Positions 1-11,811 are shown, counted from the first letter of the stretch. The stretch is DNA of 64,000 nt from an uncultured Schlesneria sp. (GCA_963977965.1 CAXBSB010000006.1:415-64414), one strand, 5' to 3'. Numbers and translations are program-made. The notes: generated by a model from the letters alone, not told the origin.

Positions 1-669
1 GGAAAGCTGCATGCCGGAATGTGGCCGGAAGCACGAGTCGTCGAATATCAAGGCCAAGAGAACTGGATTGATCGCGGTCGTCTTGGCGACGGAACCGAGA
101 TTAATGCATTGACCGTATACAACGGTAAGCTCTACGCCGGAGCAATCCCGCGAGGTGAAGTATCCCGGTATGACGATGATCGTGGATGGACTTCGCTGCA
201 GAAATTCTTCTCACCACCCGGCTGGGATCCCGGTCCACCAACCGATCCTGTTCGCGAGGAGATCAATAACTGGACGCGGATCACCAGCCTCACTGTTTAT
301 GAGGGGCGACTCTTCGCGAGTATTGGAAGTTGTACGAGTGCTGTTCAGGATGCCCCAGCCGGTTTGCGGGGCAGCGTTTATTCAATGAAGGCGGGCGAAT
401 GCATCTCGTTTGACGAAGACCTGGGGAGTGGCTGGAAGCACCTGGTGGCTCAACGCCATGGTGGCGAACTGCGTCTCTACGTCTCGGGGCGACTGGTTAC
501 AAAATCCGCTCCATTTTCGTCTGAGGATTACGATATCTCGGCAAGTCAGCCGCTTCGGATCGGCAGCGGCGAGCAAGACTATTTCACAGGCAAAATACGC
601 AATGTCCGCCTGTACCGCCGCGCATTATCAGAGGCAGAGATTCGGGCCTTGTCGTTGTCACGTCCGTAA
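1..669 (+). CDS. 5'-truncated protein with beta-propeller-like repeats and a C-terminal LamG-like jelly-roll domain
   Basis: Frame is open from base 1 (GKLHAGMWPEARV...). Repeated 'LTVY(N/E)G(K/R)L(Y/F)A' units. The C-terminal 'WKHLVAQR..LRLYVSG..LRIGSGEQDYFTGKIRNVRLYRRALSEAEI' is the typical LamG tail. Confidence 0.75.
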   Translation, partial: GKLHAGMWPEARVVEYQGQENWIDRGRLGDGTEINALTVYNGKLYAGAIPRGEVSRYDDDRGWTSLQKFFSPPGWDPGPPTDPVREEINNWTRITSLTVYEGRLFASIGSCTSAVQDAPAGLRGSVYSMKAGECISFDEDLGSGWKHLVAQRHGGELRLYVSGRLVTKSAPFSSEDYDISASQPLRIGSGEQDYFTGKIRNVRLYRRALSEAEIRALSLSRP

Positions 670-837
670 CCGCATCTGCAAGAGGTTCGTCCGCGTCGCG
701 GCGGAACATGGGTGTGGCGCTGTAGCAAGATGCTCGCAGGATGCCACACACCCAATTCTGCGGTGTTTGCATCCGTCCCCGGTGCCATGGTAGCCTGACA
801 GGAGTATGAGCAGAAAACGCAAAGTTGAGGTGATCTG

Positions 838-1977
838 ATGGCACGCTACTGGGTCATGATCGGGATTGTTCTGGTTTCAGCAGGGCTGCTGGGTTACGCC
901 GCTTTTGCTCCGGTTCCCGCGTCGAATACGACGATGGAGGTGAAGAAGGCGGAATCATTGCCCAAAGGTCCCGAAACAGACGAAACTGCAGTACGGCCTG
1001 TCGTAACCATAGCTTCCGGTGAAACTCCCCCCGGAATGAAATGGATTCCCGGCGGCACTTTTCAGATGGGTAACGAGAAAAGTCCGCACGAAGACGAGCG
1101 TCCCGTGCATGCGGTGACTCTCGACGGATTCTGGATGGACGAAACGGAAGTTACCAACAAACAGTTTCTGAAATTCGTTACCGAAACGGGCTACAAAACG
1201 GTTGCGGAACGGGCACCAAAGCGGGAAGAGATTGAAGCACAGGTCCCTGTTGGTACACCAATCGACGACTCGGTGCTGGTTCCAGGTTCGATCTGTTTTA
1301 ATCCCAAATTCGATATGCGGACATTACGCAAGGATTTTCCGAACTGGCCGTACCAGGTCTGGAAGTATGAACCTGGCGCGGACTGGCGACATCCCTACGG
1401 ACCGAAATCATCGATCGATGACAAGTTGGATCACCCGGTGATTCATGTATCGTGGGAGGATGCTCAGGCCTATTGCAAATGGGCTGGGCACCGACTGCCA
1501 TCCGAGGCTGAATGGGAATATGCCGCTCGTGGTGGGCTAAGTGGTAAAGAGTACCCGTGGGGGGATGAACGAAACCCCGATGCTCAATGGCGTCACAACA
1601 CATGGCAGGGTGTCTTCCCGGAGACTCACGACGTCAAGGATGGATTTGAAGGAACAGCCCCGGTCAAATCCTTCCCTGCCAACAACTATGGCCTGTACGA
1701 CATGTCAGGCAATGTCTGGGAGTGGTGCCAGGACTGGTATCGCCCGGACTATTACTCGAACAGTCGAAAGCGAAACCCTCCGGGACCAGCAGACAGTCTG
1801 GATCCGAACGAGCCACTCGTTCCCAAGCGAGTTCAGCGGGGCGGGTCGTTCATGTGCAGCGATGATTACTGCACGGGGTATCGCGTTTCCGCGAGAATGA
1901 AAGGCGACGTGCTGTCGGGAACATTTCATTGCGGATTTCGTACCGTCTTGTCGCCAAAAAAGAGCGAATCGCCATGA
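838..1977 (+). CDS. Formylglycine-generating enzyme (SUMF1/FGE-sulfatase) family protein, N-terminal signal or anchor
   Basis: Motifs IPGGTFQMG, FWMDETEVTN, PVIHVSWEDAQAYCKW, RLPSEAEWEYAARGG, GLYDMSGNVWEW, RVQRGGSFMCSDDYC, HCGFR. Confidence 0.92.
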   Translation: MARYWVMIGIVLVSAGLLGYAAFAPVPASNTTMEVKKAESLPKGPETDETAVRPVVTIASGETPPGMKWIPGGTFQMGNEKSPHEDERPVHAVTLDGFWMDETEVTNKQFLKFVTETGYKTVAERAPKREEIEAQVPVGTPIDDSVLVPGSICFNPKFDMRTLRKDFPNWPYQVWKYEPGADWRHPYGPKSSIDDKLDHPVIHVSWEDAQAYCKWAGHRLPSEAEWEYAARGGLSGKEYPWGDERNPDAQWRHNTWQGVFPETHDVKDGFEGTAPVKSFPANNYGLYDMSGNVWEWCQDWYRPDYYSNSRKRNPPGPADSLDPNEPLVPKRVQRGGSFMCSDDYCTGYRVSARMKGDVLSGTFHCGFRTVLSPKKSESP

Positions 1978-2096
1978 AGTGGTGTGCCGTTAGATGAAAA
2001 AGTCGTTTGAGGTTTCGTCGCATTTGCAGCGGGCAACCTGGGGAAACTTGACTTCGCTTTCGGCCCGCTCGACACCTGCCAGCCATTTCTGGTATC

Positions 2097-3143
2097 ATGC
2101 AGCGGATGAATTCACCGCTTCGTCAAACCCGGTCGCACCTGATGGCCCTGTTTCAGCAGGAGGGTTTGCATCCGCGCGGGGATCTCGGTCAAAATTTCCT
2201 GATCGACCTGAATCTGCTCGAAAGCATCGTCGCTGAGGCGGATCTCGGTCCCGATGATGTTGCTCTTGAAGTTGGCGCCGGGACTGGCGGACTGACATCC
2301 TTTCTGGCTGCGGAAGCCGGGGCTGTCGTATCAGTCGAATATGATCCGAACATGTATCGCCTCGCCCACGAAACGGTCGGGCATTTGCCGGACGTCACGT
2401 TGCTCAACTGTGATGCCCTGCAGAGCAAGCATCATTTGAACCCGTTGATCCTGCAGGAAGTGTCGCGCGAACTGGCCGTCGATCCGCAAAGACGGCTGAA
2501 GCTTGTCGCCAATCTTCCGTACCATATCGGTACTCCAGTGATCGCCAATCTGCTGGTTTCCGGCTATCCGCTGGAACGGATGGTGGTGACGATTCAGTAC
2601 GAACTCGCACAACGCCTGTGTGGCAGGCCGCGCACATCAGACTACAGTGCTCTTTCGGTGTTTTTGCAGGCTCAATGTCGCATCAAGATCGTCCACAAAC
2701 TGGGACCGTCAGTCTTCTGGCCACGTCCCGATGTCGACTCGGCGATCGTCAGGATTGATCCCGATCAGCAGTTGCGCAGCCGCATTCATGATCTTGGCGA
2801 ATTTCAGGTCTTCCTGCGGGATCTGTTCACCCAGCGTCGCAAGGTGTTGCGCGGTGTCCTGGGACAGATCTTCAAGAAGCGGTTGTCGAAATCAACCATC
2901 GAACAGGTGCTGACCGAACTGCAGATTCCAGCCGACGTGCGAGCCGAGGAACTGGAAGTCGAGCAACTGGTCGCGTTGTCCAACCGGTTGCATCAAGCTC
3001 TTGCGACTGCTCAATCCGCGACGGTTGCCGCAGGCGAAGAAACCATCGATTCACCAGGACTTTCGGCGTCGAAACTTTCAGACGAGGGTTTCGGGGAAAG
3101 TCATACGCCCACAGACAAAATGGAACCGAATCGGGACGGCTGA
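2097..3143 (+). CDS. rsmA: 16S rRNA m6,2A1518/1519 dimethyltransferase
   Basis: LGQNFLID, LEVGAGTGGLT, VANLPYHIGTP, FWPRPDVDSA, F.QRRK. The start could be at 2106 or 2142. Confidence 0.95.
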   Translation: MQRMNSPLRQTRSHLMALFQQEGLHPRGDLGQNFLIDLNLLESIVAEADLGPDDVALEVGAGTGGLTSFLAAEAGAVVSVEYDPNMYRLAHETVGHLPDVTLLNCDALQSKHHLNPLILQEVSRELAVDPQRRLKLVANLPYHIGTPVIANLLVSGYPLERMVVTIQYELAQRLCGRPRTSDYSALSVFLQAQCRIKIVHKLGPSVFWPRPDVDSAIVRIDPDQQLRSRIHDLGEFQVFLRDLFTQRRKVLRGVLGQIFKKRLSKSTIEQVLTELQIPADVRAEELEVEQLVALSNRLHQALATAQSATVAAGEETIDSPGLSASKLSDEGFGESHTPTDKMEPNRDG

Positions 3144-5745
<2,602 letters not shown>

Positions 5746-5804
5746 AGCAGACGGGAATCAAACTCGCATTTCAATCAGTTACAGGCTCGCTTCGCGACAG
5801 AGCC

Positions 5805-5850
5805 ACACGACCCCAATTGCCCTGTTGCAATTGGGGTCGTGTTGTTTTTC
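5805..5850 (+). terminator. Intrinsic terminator after the rsmA-guaB-hypothetical run
   Basis: Perfect 16-bp stem ACACGACCCCAATTGC / GCAATTGGGGTCGTGT with a 6-nt loop, followed by TGTTTTTC. Confidence 0.75.
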
Positions 5851-5949
5851 AGGCCGCGTAAATGCGTTGACATATTCGGAATGAACGATCGTCAGAACAA
5901 TTCTCAGTGGCCCTCCGTCGCGGATCGACGCTGATGAAGTAGGTACTTT

Positions 5950-6036
5950 GACATTCCCGCGAAGGTGGGAATCCAGTTCCTTTCCGCCAATGGTCTCCTG
6001 TTGCACTCGCTGGATTCTCGCGTTCGCGAGAATGAC
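5950..6036. repeat. GTCATTCCCGCG-type palindromic REP doublet
   Basis: GACATTCCCGCGAAGGTGGGAATCCAG (5950-5976) and the inverted CTGGATTCTCGCGTTCGCGAGAATGAC (6010-6036). Confidence 0.75.
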
Positions 6037-6043
6037 GGCATAC

Positions 6044-6133
6044 GGCCCACCGTCAGGAATTGTCGCGAAATACTCGTGAGGCCGCGCGGCGAATCGCCAC
6101 TTGTCCCATCCTACATCCCGCCCAGCTTCAAAC
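6044..6133. repeat. Partial copy of the GTAGGGTGGGAC-type REPIN at 62858-62976
   Basis: Right arm GCCGCGCGGCGAATCGCCACTTGTCCCATCCTACATCCCGCCCAGCTTCAAA is nearly identical to 62925-62976. The left arm is missing. Confidence 0.8.
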
Positions 6134-6239
6134 AGGCATTGGCCCCGTACTGTCTGGCGGTCTACAGACTGATGGAGGGCGAAATCCGCTACCACAGTAA
6201 GAAATCGGTAGCAGATCGCATTCGTAGCGAAAGCCAACG

Positions 6240-6983
6240 TCATTCACTGCTGATCAACGTCGCAATGGCGAGGCGGCCATCTGTCTTCCAGAGGTCACCA
6301 CCGCCGTTTCGCCCGGATAATGACAAATGAAATTGACCTCGCCAATTGACCGTACTCAGTCTTGAAGCCCCTTTGAGATCAGCGAGAATCTTGTCACGCT
6401 CCGCATCGACATCGGGGCCGATGTGATGAGTGATCTGGCCTGTGGTATGGCTGAGTCCGACCTTTTCATCATAGGTTGCGGCACCGACCCACAGAGGAAG
6501 CCCCTGAGCGTTCACGGTTTTCGATTTCCAGAATCGGACATGGTGCCTGCGTCGAGGATCATTTCCGACAGGTTGCTCGAACGCCAGGTCCTGCTTTCGC
6601 CCCCAGACAAACAGATTGCTTACTGGGGCTTCGTCGTACGGGCGACGCAAAACACTGTCACCAGCAATCCGCAGCGAGCTTTTCAACGTCAATGGGTCTG
6701 CCGGAAACCAGCCCGCAGCGAGCATCGAACGGGCGACAGATTCTTCTGATCCAATCAAACAAATGTTTATTGGATCGCCGGGAATTTGTGAACTGGTGCG
6801 GGTTATCTCAGGAACATCGCTCAAGGCCGGATGAGATCCTTCTTCAGCAACGCGCCACAGTGTGGGAATCAGGATGTAAGAGATGGCCAGGTAAGTCAGC
6901 AGGATAAATGCCGTCCAGCGGAGTGCGATCCAGCGAAAGCGGGTTTCACGGATCTCAAATTCGGACGGACCTTTCGAAGCCAT
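6240..6983 (-). CDS. LssY C-terminal domain-containing protein
   Basis: PGDPINICLIG, APVSNLFVWGRKQDLAFEQPVGNDPRRRHHVRFWK, WVGAATYD, ITHHIGPDVDAERD. One N-terminal TM helix. ATG at 6983 preferred over TTG at 7031. Confidence 0.85.
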   Translation of the reverse strand: MASKGPSEFEIRETRFRWIALRWTAFILLTYLAISYILIPTLWRVAEEGSHPALSDVPEITRTSSQIPGDPINICLIGSEESVARSMLAAGWFPADPLTLKSSLRIAGDSVLRRPYDEAPVSNLFVWGRKQDLAFEQPVGNDPRRRHHVRFWKSKTVNAQGLPLWVGAATYDEKVGLSHTTGQITHHIGPDVDAERDKILADLKGASRLSTVNWRGQFHLSLSGRNGGGDLWKTDGRLAIATLISSE

Positions 6984-7006
6984 GCCGGTTTCCTGCAAAT
7001 AAACTG

Positions 7007-7792
7007 TCACGGCCAGATGGTGAGGTCCCAACTGCCGGTGGCTCCTGGAGTCTGGGCTCCCTGTGACAGGTTACTCCAGGACGAGAATCCTGACCCGACG
7101 TACGTGTTGGGGGCCACATAACCACCAAATGGCGTGGGCTGGAATCGCCCAATTTCTCCGAATGATGCCGGCATCTGACCGACATTACGCTGGTTCGACC
7201 AATCCTGAAACTGGGGCCCCAGGTAGTTGTTGGGTGCAGTTTGCTGGTTGTTTGAAATCCCGAAATGGGTCAGATTCTGAGCCCCGGAAGGATTCATCAG
7301 CATTTGATTCGTAGGTCGGCGCTGCTGCTCTTCCCATTCCTGCTGGGGAGTCTTGGCAAGCCCCTCTTGTCGCTGATCTGTTTGCGATGCACTATTCTGA
7401 CCTTGTGAGGTCATTCCCTGTTTTGTGTTCGTTGTCGCCGCTGACGGCGTCACAGTCTTGTTGCTCACCACAGCATTGCCCGGTTGGGTGGGCAGAATCG
7501 GCTGGCCGGGAGTAATTGTGACTGGCTTGGTCGTTGACTTCCCAGCCGGGGCTGGAAGACTGCTCGACTGAGGTCGATTTGGTTGGGGCGAGTTTGCCGG
7601 ACTGTTGACACTGGAATTGGTCCCCGTTGTCACATTGCGAATCGCAGGAGTACTTGTGGGACGAAGTGTCTGAGCATTCGACGGAGCGCGATAGAGGACA
7701 ATCGGGTGTGGAAGGTTCTGCTGAGCCTCTGCTGACACCGCTCCCAGTCCCATCACCACAATGGCGGCCGATAGATTTTTGACCGAGATCAT
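7007..7792 (-). CDS. Secreted low-complexity (S/T/P/Q/N-rich) hypothetical protein
   Basis: Signal peptide MISVKNLSAAIVVMGLGAVSAEA followed by a low-complexity body. Fits between neighbouring genes. Confidence 0.65.
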   Translation of the reverse strand: MISVKNLSAAIVVMGLGAVSAEAQQNLPHPIVLYRAPSNAQTLRPTSTPAIRNVTTGTNSSVNSPANSPQPNRPQSSSLPAPAGKSTTKPVTITPGQPILPTQPGNAVVSNKTVTPSAATTNTKQGMTSQGQNSASQTDQRQEGLAKTPQQEWEEQQRRPTNQMLMNPSGAQNLTHFGISNNQQTAPNNYLGPQFQDWSNQRNVGQMPASFGEIGRFQPTPFGGYVAPNTYVGSGFSSWSNLSQGAQTPGATGSWDLTIWP

Positions 7793-8160
7793 GATTTCCC
7801 CACTTTTCCGCCATTCCATCTCAGATGCAGTCTGTAAAAAATTCCGCTTTCGTGCAACTGTCCGTGCGCACGAAGGCCTCCGCAGACAATTCGTCCTGTG
7901 ATATCGTTTCGACGGAACCGGAGGGCGGGCATGACCAAACCACCGGCAACAGAGGGCTCAGGCGACGCATGGCTGCGAAGTTTGCCGAGATCGGCAGAAT
8001 TCGCCGAAGGACGGGTTTCAACCGGATTTTCCTGATCGAACACACCGGAGCATGCCCGTTTCCGGACACATCCCCTCTTGGCAAAATCAGGGACATGCGA
8101 TAGTTTCCGGCGTTCCCCTGGTCTTCCCGATTTCTATCCTTCTCTTGGAGGTCTCGCACG

Positions 8161-8421
8161 ATGACGAGGTCGTGTCGATACGTCCTGTTGATGCTGGTGA
8201 TCATGAACTGCGGTTGTGCGAGTCTATGGCACGATCTGCAGCCGCACCGCATCCGTCGATTGAATCGGGGAGATGCTCCGGCTTTGAACCCCGAGTTCAC
8301 TCGCGTCACCCAGCCATCGCGCAAACAACTGGTTCGACTCGATGGCCCACGCCAGGCCCCGGTCATCAAAGCCAACAGCGCAGATGTGACTCTGGCACGC
8401 GGTCAGAATCCGGATCAATGA
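8161..8421 (+). CDS. Small putative lipoprotein
   Basis: RBS GGAGG upstream, hydrophobic stretch ending ..NCGC (lipobox-like), then WHDLQPHRIRRLNRG, recalled as a planctomycete motif. Confidence 0.65.
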   Translation: MTRSCRYVLLMLVIMNCGCASLWHDLQPHRIRRLNRGDAPALNPEFTRVTQPSRKQLVRLDGPRQAPVIKANSADVTLARGQNPDQ

Positions 8422-9593
8422 ACTAATGAGCTCATGTTCGTTCCATTAAGAACGTCGGCATAAACTTCGCGGATCTGTCGCGTCATGTTTTGATGGCGGA
8501 ACTGGTCTGTAAACCGACTTCGCCCTGTTTCACCGTACTGTAGTCGCAGTGCCGAATTCGACGCCAGTTCCGTTAAGGCATCTGCCAGCTCTGGAATCGA
8601 TTTCGGAGGGAGCAGAAACCCTGTTTGACCTGGAATGACAACTTCTCTGGCTCCGTCCACGTCATAGCTGACGACGGGTTTTCCGGCGATCAGTCCTTGC
8701 GGCAGAACACGTGCCAGACCTTCCCAGATACTTGTATGGACCACGATGTCCATGGCATGAATCAATTCAGGTACCTGACCCGGCGGTACGAGTCCCGTAA
8801 AGACGAATCGATCACGAATGCCGCTCGCTTCAAGTTCACTTTCAAACTGAGGCCGCAGGATGCCGTCTCCGACCAGCAGAAATCGGACCTTGGGACAACG
8901 GTCGATCACAGTTCTGGCGGCACGAATCAGGAATTCATGGCCTTTCAGCGGGAACAGTCGAGCCACTTTTCCAATGACAACATCATCAGGCTTCAGTCCT
9001 AATTCTGCTCGAACCTGTTGTGGCGATCGCGGGGGATGCAGAAACGGCTCAACATCAAAACCGCTGTAGACGGTGACGAACTTCTGGCGCGGGGCGATCC
9101 TAGCCTGAACATACTGTTCGGTCATCGCATCGCAGACGGAAATAAACCTGTCAGTCAGCGGTGCTGCGCGACGTTCCAGCCATCGATAAAGATGATAGGC
9201 GAGCATCGACTGCCCCACGTGAAACGATGCGCCGTGGATCGTATGCACGCACGGCAGTTTCAATCTTGCCGCCGCGATTCGACCAATGATCCCCGCTTTC
9301 GATGAATGCGTGTGCAGCAGATCAGGTTTGATTTCCTGAAGCAGTCGAATCAATTGTCGATAGGTCAGCCAGTCTCGCCCCGGATGAATGGAACGACGAG
9401 AGGCATCAATGATTCGCAGATCCAGACCACCGCGCCGGGCACGCTCTTCGAGTGAACCCTCCGGTCCAAGGCCCGGCCCCGTGATCAATGTCACTCGGTC
9501 GCCGAACAGGTGATGCTGATCTTCCACCGTTAACAGGGTGTTTTCCTGTGCTCCACCAACAATCAACCGGGTAATGTAATGGACCACATGCAT
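8415..9593 (-). CDS. Glycosyltransferase family 4 (GT-B)
   Basis: HYITRLIVGGAQENT, LHTHSSKAGIIGR, VARLFPLKGH, EGLARVLPQGLIAGKPVVSYDVDGARE. Confidence 0.93.
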   Translation of the reverse strand: MHVVHYITRLIVGGAQENTLLTVEDQHHLFGDRVTLITGPGLGPEGSLEERARRGGLDLRIIDASRRSIHPGRDWLTYRQLIRLLQEIKPDLLHTHSSKAGIIGRIAAARLKLPCVHTIHGASFHVGQSMLAYHLYRWLERRAAPLTDRFISVCDAMTEQYVQARIAPRQKFVTVYSGFDVEPFLHPPRSPQQVRAELGLKPDDVVIGKVARLFPLKGHEFLIRAARTVIDRCPKVRFLLVGDGILRPQFESELEASGIRDRFVFTGLVPPGQVPELIHAMDIVVHTSIWEGLARVLPQGLIAGKPVVSYDVDGAREVVIPGQTGFLLPPKSIPELADALTELASNSALRLQYGETGRSRFTDQFRHQNMTRQIREVYADVLNGTNMSSLVH

Positions 9594-9759
9594 GAAACGG
9601 CCAATTTGAATCCTGTTAGTCCGGTTTGGATGTTCCGCTGGCTCAGGTTTATTCCAACGTCCACGTGTCGTTCACCATGACCGCGCAACGCCATGGCAGT
9701 TAAACTATAATCGCTGACAGCAGACCTGGCACCTCTGAATGCATTCGAGAGAAAAGAAC

Positions 9760-11223
9760 ATGAGTAGACCTGATGCGGGAATTCCGACATTGCCACCTCT
9801 GGCTGGTCTCTGTTCGTACGAAGAGGCAGGCCGAGCGACCTTGTCCGTCGAAGATTGTGTCAGCTGGATGAAGCGACATTACTATCTGCTGGTACGACTG
9901 CACGAGATCTTCACCGCAAGAATCACAGCAGAACCTCTGTTCGAACTGAAAACTGCTTTCAGCCTGCATGCCTATCTCTGTGCCGAACACGCGGCGGCAT
10001 TCCGCAAGCGGGTTAGTGAGTTGCGAGAACCACCCCTCGGGCTGGATGTCGTACCCCATGACGGATTGAAGCTGGCCTGCGATGAAATTCTGAACAGTCC
10101 GTCTCACACGGAACTGGTACTTGGTTTGTACGAAGTTCTGATTCCTGCGCTGCTGGAATCGTTGGAGAATTATCACCAGACAACAAATCTGCTGGCCGAC
10201 GCCCCGTCTGTTCGCATTTCGAAATTCTGTCGGCTTGAACTGCAGGAGATGCTGGAGTTTGGACGGCGTGCTGTTGACGCTCTCGTCGATAATGTTGCTC
10301 GTTCAAATCTCACTGCCTGGGACATATTACTCAAGCAGGCTCTGCAAGCAGCGGGTGGCGTTTCCGGACGATTACCTCCAGCCGTTTCATCGACGGATCA
10401 TCAAGGGGCTTGCGAATCGTATGCAACGCTCCCGAATCCCCAGTTTTCTGCGACTCCTTTTCAATACGATCCAGTGCCGCGACGAGACGTCAGGTTTCAT
10501 GATTCCTTTAACGGTGGAGTTAATCCGGAAGCGTTCCTGTATGACGATCAGTTTCAGCCACGCGACAAAGTCTTGATGATGCTTTACAAACGCCTGCGAG
10601 AAATTGATGTCCCCGAGATGATGGCCAGCATTCTCCTGCAGACACCGGGAAAGCCCTGGAAGTACTACGTCGATATGTCTCGGCAACTGTGGGATGAAGC
10701 CCGGCACTCACTGCTCGGCGAAGTCGGGTTTGTGCAGTTGGGGATCGATTGGACAAAGATCCCAATCAACTACACCTGGTCACTGAATCTGAATACTCAA
10801 TTGAAGCCTTGGGAACGCCATGCCGTTCTTTTCTTCATTGAGCAAGGGTTGATGCCGCGAACCGGAAAACGCTTTGAGTGGGAGGTGGCGCAGCATTCAG
10901 GAATTCCGCTCGCCACAGTGATTCAGGACTTCGACTGGGCAGACGAAGTTCTTCATGCCCAGATTGGTCGTGAATGGTACGTCAAGGAATTCAGCGACCT
11001 GAACGAAGCGATGCAGTACGGAGATCGCTGCTGGTCACAAGTGATGGGCCATTGGCGCGACTATCTTGATCAGGGATTGACTCAACATCAGAACTGGTGG
11101 CCTGAGTTCTATCAATCAGCCTGTTCGGCCATGGGAGTGTCTCCTGATCCCGCGGCACTGGTATTCAATACGACGTACGAAAGCACGCGTGCCGATTTAA
11201 AAGACATTTCAGCGTCCGCCTGA
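9760..11223 (+). CDS. Two-domain ferritin-like protein with DUF455-like C-terminal domain, putative di-iron enzyme
   Basis: C-terminal half has REID / DEARH / FIEQG / DEVLH, i.e. E..ExxH..E..ExxH. N-terminal half is helical with H..AEH. Confidence 0.7.
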   Translation: MSRPDAGIPTLPPLAGLCSYEEAGRATLSVEDCVSWMKRHYYLLVRLHEIFTARITAEPLFELKTAFSLHAYLCAEHAAAFRKRVSELREPPLGLDVVPHDGLKLACDEILNSPSHTELVLGLYEVLIPALLESLENYHQTTNLLADAPSVRISKFCRLELQEMLEFGRRAVDALVDNVARSNLTAWDILLKQALQAAGGVSGRLPPAVSSTDHQGACESYATLPNPQFSATPFQYDPVPRRDVRFHDSFNGGVNPEAFLYDDQFQPRDKVLMMLYKRLREIDVPEMMASILLQTPGKPWKYYVDMSRQLWDEARHSLLGEVGFVQLGIDWTKIPINYTWSLNLNTQLKPWERHAVLFFIEQGLMPRTGKRFEWEVAQHSGIPLATVIQDFDWADEVLHAQIGREWYVKEFSDLNEAMQYGDRCWSQVMGHWRDYLDQGLTQHQNWWPEFYQSACSAMGVSPDPAALVFNTTYESTRADLKDISASA

Positions 11224-11239
11224 GAACCGGGCAACTTAC

Positions 11240-11318
11240 GTAGCGGAACTCGTGAGAGTTCCGTCTTTCCTCGTATCGGAGGCGTTCCTCCTGGCTGAAG
11301 TCTCACGACTTCAGCGAC
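11240..11318. repeat. GTAG-class REP doublet (REPIN-like) between convergent genes
   Basis: GTAGCGGAACTCGTGAGAGTTCCG (11240-11263) and the inverted variant CTGAAGTCTCACGACTTCAGCGAC (11295-11318). Each arm is itself a hairpin. Confidence 0.8.
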
Positions 11319-11331
11319 GTCGGCTCTTATT

Positions 11332-11811
11332 TCAGACAACCTGGCGAACGATCCGGCGGCTGGTGGAATCCAGTTTGCTGATGTCCAGAATCTTGTAGCG
11401 AATGCCGTTGGAGTCGGCGATGACAATTCCCGACTTGCCCAGCGAGCGAATGTCGTCCTCGCTCTCAAGGTGAAAGCTGGTCTTCCCCCGATCAGTCTCA
11501 ACATTCCAGATACAGGGGGGGTACGGCGCACTGGTCGTCATGATCTTCTGGATCACTGGAACGAAATCACGCTCGGCAAGTTCACGGCGGATAAATTCAC
11601 GTGACTCGGGGTTCAGCACTTCCAGACTCGGAAGACAGATGACTTCTTTTCCCTCGGGATCCAGCAATGCAATAACGTGATCGGGGTCGGTCAATGGGAA
11701 GCAGCGAACAGGATCAATTCCGGGATGCTCGGCCCCGTCGGGCATCACCAGGACCAGTTGTCCCCATTCGTTTTTGCGAAAGCTGAGTCCTGCGAAGTTC
11801 GTGTCTACCAT
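11332..11811 (-). CDS. DUF1854 domain-containing protein
   Basis: GQLVL..G.EH.GIDPVRCFPLTDP...IALLD..GKE, RRELAERDFVPVIQKI, P..W.VETDRG.T.F.L..EDDIR. Overlaps the ABC gene stop. Confidence 0.85.
   Translation of the reverse strand: MVDTNFAGLSFRKNEWGQLVLVMPDGAEHPGIDPVRCFPLTDPDHVIALLDPEGKEVICLPSLEVLNPESREFIRRELAERDFVPVIQKIMTTSAPYPPCIWNVETDRGKTSFHLESEDDIRSLGKSGIVIADSNGIRYKILDISKLDSTSRRIVRQVV

Noticed and set aside
5779-6330. ORFs 5779-6243 (-) and 5965-6330 (+)
   Set aside because: They run through palindromic repeats and a terminator and have no recognisable motifs.
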